Source of the DNA: Octopus sinensis
Lineage: Eukaryota
Assembly (NCBI RefSeq): GCF_006345805.1
Contig: NC_043008.1
Coordinates: forward strand, 3,720,001-3,784,000
Direction of reading: 5' to 3'
Length of the DNA: 64,000 bases
Shown here: piece after piece, positions 26,688 to 39,490 of the stretch
Layout of the letters: every line of letters starts with the position of its first letter
Position numbering within the stretch: the first letter of the stretch is position 1
Position numbers and translations under genes: made by a program
The notes under the pieces: model-generated
What the model was told of the DNA's origin: nothing
What the model saw: the letters and a program-made list of their open reading frames with translations, nothing else
Database searches by the model: none

Positions 26688-26984
26688 ATAAATACAGATA
26701 TGTAAAAACACTACGCTCATTATTATATTAGGAGATGAGTCAGCATTTCGTACGTGCATCCTGCTTTTCATAAAGACACGTTCGCGATCATTACCATGTT
26801 CACGAAAAGAGAGCGAGTTCGAACCATACATACAATCATTGTGTTTTCAAAAGAGAGTCGTGTTGTGGGTCAGTGATATCTTCCTGGTGTCAAATTACCC
26901 AGAAATATAATAAAATCCATATAACCTCAACATCGTGTGGGAAATGAATAATCTTTTATAGTGCGACGTTTCTTTTGTAGTTCA

Positions 26985-27046
<62 letters not shown>

Positions 27047-29798
27047 ATATATATGCATAATGAATACAAATATTTCTGTGAATATATTCACAAACATATA
27101 TACATATATATATATATATATATAGATACATACAGATATATATGTATATATATATATATATATATATACATACACACATACATATATACCTGCATATCTA
27201 TACATATACACACATATCAACATATGTGCGCGCGTGTGTGTGGTCTGTTTATTGATGCATGCTATCTTGTAAACATGAGTCAAGATCATTGAAAAAAGAA
27301 AATTCCCTTAAGTCACTCAATTTTACAGACATTTACATTTTATGGCAACATTGAAACTCTATAACAATTGTAGCAACAGTTTCGTGTCTTCAACACTTAT
27401 GAAGGCTTGCTTTTAAAATTAATGTGTCTTCGTGTGAATGTTCTTCATTTCAATATTCATATTCTCGTTGTTGTTCGTGTCTGCTATTGTTTAACATTTT
27501 ATTTTGTAGAACGAGTTGTTGTTATAGTCTTTGCTTTTGCGTTGCTTCAAAACATAGACACTTTCTGTTGTGCTTATGTTTCTATTTGCTGCTAAATGAA
27601 TAAGGCTGTCACAATATTTTTGAAGTGTGTTTGTAAATTTATTGTACAATTTCTTTGATGCATATATATATAGCTGTATTACCATTTTGTATCCAAACGC
27701 ACACACTCACACACACACACACACACACACGCGCACACACACACATCATGATTCATAGAGACATGCATACATATACACATACATATGCATGCACGTAAGT
27801 ATGTGCTTCCAAATTAGGTATTGCGTATTAAATATGAAAAAATGGAGTAAAGAGGGAGAACGAAATTCATTTGTACAGTAAGAATTTTATGGTTGGGATT
27901 GGATAAATTCAGCGATGCTTAGTGACTTGTAGTTTGATCTTAGACAGTCCGACGAAACTACTAGCTCTTATATATCTATGTATATATATGCATATATTTA
28001 CCAAAGTATATATATATATATATATATATATTTGTGTGTGTGTGTGTGTGTGTGTGTGTTGTGTGTGTGTGTGTGTGGTGTGTGTGTGTGTGTGTACATA
28101 TGTGTGTATATAGCACGTACACATGTATATATATATATATACACACATACATAATCGAAGTATTGTGAAAGTTGTATCAAACTTTCATGTCTTCCTTCGT
28201 AAGATAAAAAGAAAAAAATAGTTAGCGAAAAAAGATGATATTTTGCGAGACAATCAAATTAACTTGATGTCAGTGTATGAAGATAATCTGTTTACAAATA
28301 TGTGAATAAATATTTCCTGAATTTTTGTCTCAGAAAAAAAAAAAAACTTCTTGCAACATTTGTAAAATATATTTGTTTGAATATATTAAAAAGTAGACAC
28401 CATCATAAACTATGCTTGAGTGAAGTGTTTCTTTCCAAATGTTGAATAAACGGCAAATTTTCACTCTTGAAAAAACTGAATTTTGTTAAAAGATGGTGGA
28501 ACGTTTTTAAATATAAACTTTACTAATCTTTCATGTTGAATACGATTTCAAGAATATTAATAGTAACTTGCTTTTTATTGAACTCGTAATATCTTAGCCA
28601 AAGGGTAAACTCCAAAATACTGTTTTTTATATTTATGAAATTGCTCTTATTATAGGACTGATTTCTGCTGCTCATTAAAGGGCCGATTTATTTCTTTGTG
28701 AATGTATTTCTTCCAAAATATTTTTTCCTGAGACCATTTAATCACTATATTAATTGAAGACGGCAAATCTAAACTACGCACTCACGTTGAGATATTACTG
28801 AATGTGATATCTTGGTTGTCAGTCACAATTATTATCAACGAAACTGTGTTTTTGGTTGTTTTTTTTTTTTTACTGAACGAAACCATAAAAGGACATGCTT
28901 ATAGACGACTGGAAAATTTTCTATAAAACATGATTTTATTTATTGAGATGATATGTGTATATTGACACATTAAATGAAGAATTTGTGATGTGATTTTATT
29001 TTTGTTTATTTTTTAACGGGCAATGAAGATATTCACCAATGTTTACGAAACTGCCAATTTACGATTTATCTCACCTTAACATAGAAAAGAAAATGGAAAA
29101 AAAGAAACCACACGTTAGATAATGTAAATGTAAACCTTGAGACATTCTTTCTGAAAAATAGGTGATCATGGATAGAACATTTCTCATGGTACGACTCGAT
29201 CATGGCTAGTTTGTGACTAAACAAGAATAACAGCTAATTTATCACTATTAGCAAAATATATTTATATATGCTTTATACGTATAGGTTAGCATATTTTAGA
29301 TATATAGTGTAAGTATAGAGTTTAGTACAGAAACCAAATGTTATTACGATCCTTCCCTCTGAACACTACGAAATACTGAATACTTTTAGAAATCAGAAAC
29401 GTTCATCTTTCCAAAGCTTTTACTCTAATACCCAATGGAGGGATTTAAATCAGTGAATCATGAACAATGAAATATAAACCAATATACCTCGCTTAAACGT
29501 TCTGATGTCAACATTATGATATACAAAAGAATAATTAATTTGAAGTAGATTATGTATGTACAGTGAGTCATTTGCTGACACGTAATTTCCATTTGAAGTT
29601 TCCGTTAGAGAGTTGTGTTGGACAGCAGAAAAGATATTTGGACAATAATTTCAGATTATGGCGATAATAATATTTCTCAAAGAGAATAATTTACCAACAA
29701 TCTAGTACATGATCAACTGGCAGCAGTTTTCTTTTTAATTTTTAGATTTCCCGACGAAAAGATGATTTGTGATATGTAGTCATCTCTAATTTTTACAT

Positions 29799-29868
29799 AA
29801 TGAGTTCAAATTCCCTTGGGGTTAAGTTTATCTTTCATCCTTTCAGGGGTCAATGACATAAGTATTAA
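29799..29868 (+). mobile_element. SINE family A fragment
   Basis: GAGTTCAAATTCC...CTTTCATCCTTTCAGGGGTCAAT...ATAAGTA. Confidence 0.6.
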
Positions 29869-30194
29869 CTATTGTTTTGGTGGTTTTTCCAACCCCGATC
29901 AGCCCTCACTGAGCTGACCTATGATCACTCCGTTTATTTTTCTCGATTGTGTATCTCAGACTGCATTGTATGCCCTTCTTTTATTGCTTTCTCGTTTCTT
30001 AATCAGTTATTTAGTATAACTCGAGAAAAGACTTTACCACCGTATATTAATATCCTTATTACAAGTTCCTTATCGCCATCGATAATCGGATGAACCCTTC
30101 TTAAGTACTTTTCAGTTCAAATGAGTTCCATCTCTTTTCGGTATAATGCGTCCAGAGCTTAACTGTTCTCAGATCGAGGCCTTCCATCATGCTT

Positions 30195-30320
30195 GTGACT
30201 GTTAAAAAGTTAGCTTCGTAAACTGGGCACATCAGGCAAGTGTCTTCTACTATAGACCCGTACTGACATTGTGAGTAAAACTGGTAGACGGAAACTATGC
30301 GGAAGACCATCGTATATAAG
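30195..30320 (+). mobile_element. SINE family B head fragment
   Basis: GGCAAGTGTCTTCTACTATAG...GGTAGACGGAAACT matches the 35198 copy. Confidence 0.7.
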
Positions 30321-30469
30321 CACGAGAAAAAGAGTGTGTGTAAGAGCGTGTGTTGACGTTGGTGCGCGTGTGTTTTTACGTGTCTTTATGTTTGTCACCG
30401 CTTGAAAAACTTAGCGCTTCGATAAATACAAATTGCTAAATTAAGTATCAGATTTCAAAATTAAGTATT

Positions 30470-30550
30470 GAGATCTGTATGAACGACTAAAGGCTTTCAG
30501 AGCTCTGCTCCAGCATGGCTGCAGTTTAATTACTGAAACAAGTGAAAGAG
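30470..30550 (+). mobile_element. SINE family B tail fragment
   Basis: CGACTAAAGGC...GCTCCAGCATGGCTGCAGT...ACTGAAACAAGTGAAAGAG matches 35637-35695. Confidence 0.7.
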
Positions 30551-31887
30551 GAAATGATACTGTTACACCGTATCAAGAATACATCCAATGATTACGTTGT
30601 CATTAACACACTTGTATATTTCTATTTATTGTTCCTGCCGTCTTAAAAACAATAGCCGTAACTTTAGATAATATAGCACTTGATGTCTGATATCCGGAAA
30701 ACAACACGGCATAGTCACGAATGGAATAACAAATATGAACAACAAATAATTACGAATATATTTCAGAAATTATATATTAAAAGAATAGACAAGTGATCAG
30801 TAACAAAATGTAATCCGAAGCGTACACATACGAATGTTAGCATATATGCTAACTATAAGGGTTCAGCTACGATCATGTACTTGAATGTTCTCTTTGAAAA
30901 TATGTTGTTTTCTAATTTAATCGTAATGTGCAGTACATTCTATTATATCCTGGGTTCGCTCGAAGGATTAGGAATTAAATTCGAGATACAGCAGAAACTG
31001 CAATTGTCCATGTGTTGTAAGCTTAATTCGTAGTTCGATTTAACACTATGTCCTGGTTCCTGGACACCTTTAGAGGAGTCCAATCTTTGCAACCATTTGG
31101 ACAGGATTTTCTCATATGATGATAAACCATATGAAGTTGTGGTTCCCTTTTCGCTTTACCCCACCCACCTCAGACGCCCTGTAAAAGGTCATGGTTGACC
31201 TTCTGAGTCAGTAATAAAATCTTTATAATTACACGGATACAATACGCTCTACGAGAATAATACATCTCTAAAAAGCCACTCTTCGATAGCAGAAAATGCT
31301 ATTTTATAAACCGAACATGTTTTCTTGAATTAACCGTCAACCGAAAGAAGTATAAGTATTTTTCTGTGATTTCTCTAGAATATGAAATACTTATGTCTCT
31401 TCTTATTGGGGGAAAGGAAATAAAAATACATTTGGCGTAAATTTCTTTGTCTCTTCTATAATATCGTTTAGATAATGTGGCACTTAATATGTCACTTAAT
31501 TGGAACTGATTTTCATTCCTATGTTCTTTGAGAGCGTAAGTTTAAGAAGATCGCTTGGCACCGCTACTTTAAAACCTTAAGCTGACGATTTAGATTCATC
31601 GATAATGATATTGATTTTTCTCTCCAGTTGAGTACCTAAGTACCGAGGTAGTTCATTAAAGTAAATAGCACTTTTCATTGTAATAGCAGAGTAGCCTAGG
31701 ATATAATAGCTTTCTTGAAAGAACGTTTTAAGGAATTTGGCAACACATTTGTCTTCAAAGTTATACATCTTAATATCAAATACCTTTCATTTTGTGAGTA
31801 GATGTAGTTGACTTCCTCATTAGTCCCTTATGATTAGTTTACGATAATAACGTTTCCAAGTCCATTAACATTTCTAGATTTTGCCAG

Positions 31888-32072
31888 TCGAGTTGTTGTT
31901 CTTTACTTCAAGATGAATCCTGACCGAGCAGACCTATAATCAAAGATTCAAACCGTGAAAATGCCGCATATTTCCCTCTCTATAATAGCGTGCCCTGAAC
32001 ATATGTCATCTAATGTGTCCTTCATTTAAAGAGGTAAAATGTGATTTGAGGAAGTTTTAGTTGCTATATTTC
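31888..32072 (-). mobile_element. Interspersed repeat family D ((AAC)n-tailed, SINE-like)
   Basis: Reverse complement ATAGCAACTAAA...CTCAAATCAC...GGACACATTAGAT...TAGGTCTGCTCGGTCAGG...AACAACAAC; related copies near 11560, 29160, 45133, 48575, 58405, 62420, 62995. Confidence 0.6.
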
Positions 32073-32523
32073 GGAGAGCCAACAACAATTTAAAAGCTTT
32101 TCTTGTTAGTAGTATTTTATAATTCCTGTTTGTAGCTTCTTTTTAACGGACGAAGAAGATCTGGTGTTTCTAGTAAAATTACCATCAGCGGTTTTAAACA
32201 TACACATACATAAATTAATGCTTGTTTTTATGTTAAATTATAGACAAAAACATGAAAACTATTTAACATTAAAGTGATGACCTACTCAATTAATTTTAGT
32301 AGAATATATGTTTATGATTGACATTCACTTCGGAGTTTCGGAATGTTCACCTTCGTCAGACTGTACTACATTTAACTGTCACCATCTCATTTTATTCCTT
32401 CTCGTGACCGCAAAAAATACTGAATACTCTTATATATTTACGTGCACACAGACACACATACTAACACTCACACACTTATATAGTTGTGTGTGTGTGTATC
32501 TATTTATATGCATATATGTATGC

Positions 32524-32581
<58 letters not shown>

Positions 32582-32602
32582 CGTATATATACATATATGT
32601 AT

Positions 32603-32668
<66 letters not shown>

Positions 32669-32703
32669 ATAGATATATGTATATAGATATATGTATATAT
32701 ACG

Positions 32704-32742
<39 letters not shown>

Positions 32743-34925
32743 TGTTTCTTTAGAGACTCGAGTTTCATGCATCTACATTTGCCAAGCTTGAAACTGAAGT
32801 TATGACTAAATATCCCTTACAAAGTATTGGTCATTCCAAAAGTATCGTAACAGTGAACACGAAACGTTACATAGTGGGATCGAACCTACGTAACTGAGGA
32901 AGGAGACTCAGAACATGCACATATTTGTATACACTTTCATATATGTGTGTGCGTACGTATGTGTGTGGATATGTCATTTCTCTGCCATGTAACGGCACAC
33001 GTGTTTCTCTTCGACTATTCTTCTCCACCTCTCTGGACTTTCTCCTCTCTCATCTTTCTGACGAAGAACTGTACTTGAAACGTCACAGTCCTAATTTTTC
33101 ACATCTGAAACTTCTGAGCGTGAATCTAATGTATTCCCTGTATACTTCTTTTGACTTTTGTTGTTTTGTTCTGTTTTTCCAGTTTTTGTATTTATTTTTG
33201 ATTTGCTTGTATATATATGTTGGGAGAGTTTACGAAAAAAACAAAAGACGAAGACAGGTGGTGTACAAAACAAACAGATGTATTAGTATAACGCTCAGGA
33301 ATAGAAAACGTATTTTACGTTTCAAGCCTACGCTCTCCTACAGAAAGGGACACAGAAAAAAGAAGGAGAGAAAAAAAAGGAGAGAAAAAATGTATGTACG
33401 TGTGTGTATTTATGTACGTATGTATGTTTTGTATGTGTGTATATATGTATATAGCACTACATGCTCTTTATTTCATCGATCACTCAAATCTTGAGGAAAT
33501 TATCCGTAAAAATTAGAAAGTACATTACAGAGGAAAGATACATTTCCTTTTTAGTTTCAACGTGACAGGGCAAACGACGAAGCGAAAGAAGACGGAATGA
33601 GTTAATGAATTTGTAAACAGAGACGCTGATTGAAAATAAACAGCTTCAGCGAGAAGGCTGATCAATCATATCGATATAGCGTTCAATATAAACAACAGAA
33701 AGAACATTATCTCATTAGTACATGCATTTCTTTTCTTTAAATTCTTTTTTTCATTAAATCCACACCGTCCTTGCTTTTTAAAAAAAAAAACTATTTCGTG
33801 GTTGCTAAGATCATACATTATAGCCTTCTTGAATTTCACAATTGATGTTTGCATATTCTAGTGGGAAAACAACAACTTCACTCCCGATACTCCATGATGT
33901 GAATATATTAAGATATCCTCTACGTTTGCTTAGATTCATTGTTTAGCGGGTGTTCATCAAAACACATTTGGTTTAGTTTAGTAAAGTACGTATAATATTG
34001 AAGTTTGTAATACAAGAAGAATATATTGACAATATTGATAATGAAAGCCAGCGAAAGGGAGAGAAAGGGAGGGGGAGAAATCCCTATTAAATGATTAAGA
34101 CACCCAAACTGTTAATAATGACATACAGACACACACATATAAACACACGTTTAGTTTTATGTTTTTTTGCTGTTATTTTGTTTCTTTTTTTTATTTACTG
34201 GTTGCAGGTATTCGATTGTCACGATGCTGAGTCATCAACCTCAATAATTTGAATCGTACTTGTTTTATCGACTTCGTGAGATTCAATGGCCTATAACCGG
34301 ATCTTAAAGATCATAAACAAATGTCGCAGCATTTAGTTCAATGAACCATTCTATAATCGTGTTTGTTATATATATATATATATATATATACCTCCATAGA
34401 TGTGTGTATGAGTTTGTACATATATGTATGTGTGTGTGTGTATGTCTGTGTCTGTGTGTGTAGCTAAATATCGAACAACGAAAATGAGTGCTCAACACCG
34501 CATTGGTGGATATAATTTCTTTATTTGTGAATTAAGGTTACCATTGGTTTCATGTTAGGAAAAATAGGAAAATATCCGAATGTCTTAATTTTTCAAGTCG
34601 ATCATATAGAGAAAGCTATTCGCCTCCGTTTTGGAAAACACAGCTTCGTTTAGTCCGCAGAGATTCTGGTGAATTCACGTGAATAAAACAATGAATCAAG
34701 GGACATTACTCTAGTGTGGTATCTTTTCGATGTTTCTCATCGTTGGTTTTCTCTTTCGGGCAAATTGTTGTGATCTATTTACATTATTTTGCTTTTGTTC
34801 TGACCATGGTGCTCTTATACTTGTGTGCTGAGGCAGTTAGTCATTGGGGCATATTTCTTCTGTGTGTGGGGTTTGTGTTCCATGGGCGTTCAGATTTCAC
34901 ATCTAGGAAAGGGATATCAAGGTAG

Positions 34926-34980
<55 letters not shown>

Positions 34981-35197
34981 ATAAATTAAATATAGAGATA
35001 TACTGTTGACAAACCAATAATTTATTTATATTACAATATTACATTTTACATTATATATGAATTGAAATGTGCTTGAGATGTAATTTCGATGCACTTGATT
35101 GTATCGTCCGTTTTTGTTGTTTTTAATTGTAATTCGTGTATAATTGAAAAGGTAACGCTCACGCTCATACACATAGACATTTGAATTAATTTTTTAC

Positions 35198-35335
35198 GTA
35201 GCTTGCTTACGAACCACATGATTCCGAATTCAGTCCCACAGCGTGGCACCTGGGGCAAGTGTCTTCTTCTATAGCCTCGAGCTGACTAAAGTCTTGTGAT
35301 GGATTTGGTAGACGTAAACTAAAAAAAGTCCGTCG

Positions 35336-35366
<31 letters not shown>

Positions 35367-35399
35367 ATATATGTATATATATATATGTGTATATATATG

Positions 35400-35485
<86 letters not shown>

Positions 35486-35715
35486 ATATGTATGCATTTG
35501 TGTGTGTGTCTGTTTTTGTCCCCCAACCTCGCTTGACAACCAATGCTGGTGTGTTTACGTCCCCGTAAATTAGCGGTTCAGCAACAGAACCTATAGAATA
35601 AGTACTAGGCTTACAAAGTCCTGGTGTCGATTTGCTCGACTAAAGGCGGTGCTCCAGTATGGCCACAGTCAAATGACAGAAACAAGTAAAAGAGTAAAAA
35701 AGAGAGTAAGAGTAA
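35198..35715 (+). mobile_element. Near full-length SINE family B with internal microsatellite
   Basis: Head with GAATTCAGTCCC B-box remnant, internal (TA/TG) tract 35336-35510, 3' body and (AAGAGTA)-like tail; many partial copies in the window. Confidence 0.85.
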
Positions 35716-36256
35716 TCCAGCTGTCCCGTCACACAGAATTTCGTCTTTTTCTAAACAATGACCCTGAAGTGACTTTATATATAATGGAACTGTAATTATG
35801 TATATCAGAGAAAATATATTTAAGTCGAAACAATTTGTTGGCCCTTTATGGTTTTTATAATTATTTATTACGGAGATGTACTTGCATAGCAAGTGATTTG
35901 ATCTGAGATCGTGTGCTGAAACGAAAACAATTGCAGCGTGGAAGGTGTTTGTAAGCCATTTAAGAAACACACAATTATTATGTTATTACGTTCTGTTATA
36001 TTGTATTCATATGCCTTAACACTAATTACACACACACACATATGTTATGTTATGTTATGTTATGATATACCGTATTCATAGTATATCATACAATATTGTA
36101 ATATAAATAAATTATTGGATTGTCAATAGAATATCTCTCTGTTTAATTTATCTTCATAATTGAATTATACCAATATTTATATGGTATCCAACTGACGTAC
36201 CAGTGAATTGGATGTTTAACACACCTATTTGAAGGATTTCTTTTCCTCAGATTGTT

Positions 36257-36294
<38 letters not shown>

Positions 36295-36823
36295 AGTATG
36301 TGTATATGCATGTATGTGTGTATGCATGTGTGGGTGTATGCATATATGTGTGTATGTATGTATCTATGAATGTGTGCGTATATTTATGTACGTATGTATG
36401 TGTGTATGTATATATGTATCTACAGAATTCAGCCAATACGTTTCACACAGTTTCCACCCACTAATTTTAAGTTTCAAGGATTTAGTATTGCTCAACGTGG
36501 AGAGCAGTGAGAATGAACATGGAATCGAATAATTTGGGAAATGTAATTGTATATAATAATTGTATACGTGTGTGAGTGAGTGTGTGTGTGTGTGTGTGTG
36601 GTGTGGTGTGTGTGTGTGTGTGTGTGAGTGAGTGAATGTGTTTAACTAGTGTTAGTGTAATTTGTCTTTTTAAAAAATTAAGGTATAAATATTTGCTAAT
36701 TAAAGCATTGAATAAAATATAATATATATATATATATATTTAAAAATTAAGGGTAGAAATTGATATTAGTCAATTAAAACCAGTGGTCTAGCACATTAAA
36801 AAGAATCCGAAGATTAAAATATT

Positions 36824-36926
36824 TATATATACCAATTAAGGACTGAACACGAAAAGGTGGACAGTCAACATATCTAGCATGTTGACTGTCCACCTTTTCG
36901 TGTTCAGTCCTTAATTGGTATATATA
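36824..36926. repeat. Perfect inverted repeat, 48-bp arms, 7-nt spacer
   Basis: TATATATACCAATTAAGGACTGAACACGAAAAGGTGGACAGTCAACAT-atctagc-exact reverse complement, checked base by base. Confidence 0.97.
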
Positions 36927-38368
36927 TATATTAAATAATAATATATTTTATGCCAACAACACACCATTATGAAGTGAGACAACGTCCTTGTTGTATAAGG
37001 TTATACCAGCTGCTAGGAATAATGGCTAAATATCAACCAAAGGACAACACACCATACTGAAACAACACTAGATAAAGTAGTCCTATATACACCTAAAAAT
37101 ATGCGAGGTTGCGACTGGCATGACTTTGACTTAAGTCTGTTCGGACCTTGTGTTAAATAGCTTTTGATCTTCTGCAATATAAGGAACTGTGTGATACATG
37201 GGAATTAAAACATTTTAAACAGCATAATTCCAAGTTTAGAAAATATTTTAGACGACATGTATGCAAGGTAAATAAATCTAGTTGACGGTTTCGCCATAGT
37301 TTTATTTGAAATGTCAATTATTCTGCTACACGAGCGATATGATATCAACACACAACACACAAGTGTGCGACTACTCACGCACATACACACGCACTACACA
37401 TATACACACATGCATGTGTCTGTCTGTGTGTGTGTGAGTGTGTGTGTATAATCTTGACATTTCTACCAATATAGCTTTATATCATTTTGTGATATCTTTT
37501 CCTTTTTTTCTTCTTTGCTCTTCTAAAACTTTGAAATAATGCAAAGCATTTCCCTCGATATTGCACGATGACATAAATGTAAAGTATATTCACGTAGTTT
37601 GGGATTTTAGCAAAGATGCATATCTTCTAAAACACTTCAGATATCATTCGTTCCAAAGAAAATAGTGTGTAGCAAGCAGATAAGGATATTTAATCTACAT
37701 AGTCAATCGCTATTTTTGGCGATATTTTCAGACGTTTATATATATAAGTATATATGTATGAATGTATATCTATGTAGGTATGTATGCGTGCATGTATATG
37801 TATATATATGTATATGCATATATGCATATATATGTATATATGTGTGTATTTGGTTCTCCTTCCTCCTAAGCAGTCCCATCGTGTTTTATTTACTTTGCAT
37901 GTATAAACACGCAATGTAATATAACTGCTGTGTACATTTCGGTGACAAGAACGATCAATATAAATTAAGGATATATAGGTTCAAAACAAATATCAAAGTT
38001 GAAGTGGAATGTATTTATGATAATATTTCCGATGCTGTCGTAAGATAAATCCAAACTTACATGCAAAAGTTCATGTATAAATGGATATCCACACACGTAC
38101 AAAACCGTATACAATAAATACATTATGAGGAGATATATTGAAGCATATTGGTACATAAGAATATATGTATATGCAATTGATGCAAAACTACTTATTCATT
38201 CAGTATATTTTGGCAATTTTCTTTTGAATGAAGCACAAAATGTCATTGTTTTTGTAGTTGCTGTTGTTGTTGTTTAGACGCAGGTCAGTTTTGATCTAAC
38301 ATATCTATGATCAAAGGGATAGCAACCATGACATCTCATCCACTTCCAAAGTTACTGTCGATATATGC

Positions 38369-38435
<67 letters not shown>

Positions 38436-38445
38436 ATATATATAT

Positions 38446-38477
<32 letters not shown>

Positions 38478-38613
38478 TGTATGTATGTATGTATGTGTAT
38501 GTATGTATATGTATGTATGTATATGTTTATATGTGTATGTAAATGCATGTATATATATATAGGTATATACACATATATTTAAATATATATGTATATGTTT
38601 ATGTATGTAAATG

Positions 38614-38646
<33 letters not shown>

Positions 38647-38911
38647 AAATGCATGTATATATATGGATATACACATGTATATATATGTATGTATATCTAC
38701 ATGTGTGTGTGTGTAAATGCATGTATATATATGGATATACACATGTATATATATGTATGTAAATATACATGTGTGTGTGTATAGATTTATGTATGTACAT
38801 AAGGCTACCTTATTTAATATTTCCTTTTTTCCTATGATGATGGGGTGTTATTTTTGGTAGATTTGGCTGATGGAACAGATTTGCGATCAAAAGCGTTTGT
38901 ACTGTAAAGAT

Positions 38912-39490
38912 CTAATCTTTATTAATGTATAAAATATCCATGACTGCATTTGCCTGCATACGCTCATCCCATCTTTTATATGGCAGTATTCTATGATTTG
39001 AGGGAGGTATGATTGTGATTTCGAGTTGGTCGAATGATAGCAAAGGCACTAAATCTTCGTCGTTAAATGCTGGGTATTAATAAAATAAGCTGATTTATCA
39101 GCAGGACAGTGGAACAGCAATTGATCCACCGAATACTGTGACATTCCAAATGTAGAGGCGACGACTCTGCAATCATTGAATGGAAAGCTTTGCGGTACAT
39201 GTTACGCCTTTCTACGCTCTGAGCTCAAATGCAACCGAGGTCAACTTTTTCTTTTATCCTTTTGGGGGTTCATAAATAAAGGTTCAGTACAGAGTTGCGA
39301 GTTCGCTTACATTGTTTGAGCATCGGATAAGATGCGTTGTGAGATTTTGTTTTTTTTTTTTGGTTCTTTTCGGATTTGTATGTTCTGATTTCAAATACCG
39401 CTGTCTGTTACCTGGATAGGGAAGAACGGAACATTTCCGCTTGGAGCTGCAGCCGACAGCAATAAAAAAAAACAAATTCAATCGAAACAT
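38912..39490 (-). CDS. Hypothetical two-exon 78-aa ORF (exons 39490-39412 and 39069-38912), possible secreted peptide
   Basis: gccATG, hydrophobic N-terminus MFRLNLFFFIAVGC, donor CAG|GTAACA (phase 1), acceptor ATACCCAG|CA, open frame to TAG at 38912-38914; no homology recognised. Confidence 0.2.
39155..39400 (+). mobile_element. Two old degenerate SINE family A copies in tandem
   Basis: GCTCTGAGCTCAAATGCAACCGAGGTCAACTTTT..TTATCCTTTTGGGGG and GTTCTGATTTCAAATACCGCTG remnants. Confidence 0.5.

Noticed and set aside
32320-32370. Minus-strand CTGACGA...GAAA hammerhead-like core
   Set aside because: Stem II does not close and the triplet would be GUG, which is not an NUH site
33050-33095. CTGACGA...GAAACGTC hammerhead-like core
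   Set aside because: Core and palindromic stem III are present, but stem I cannot form beyond 1 bp and stem II is weak
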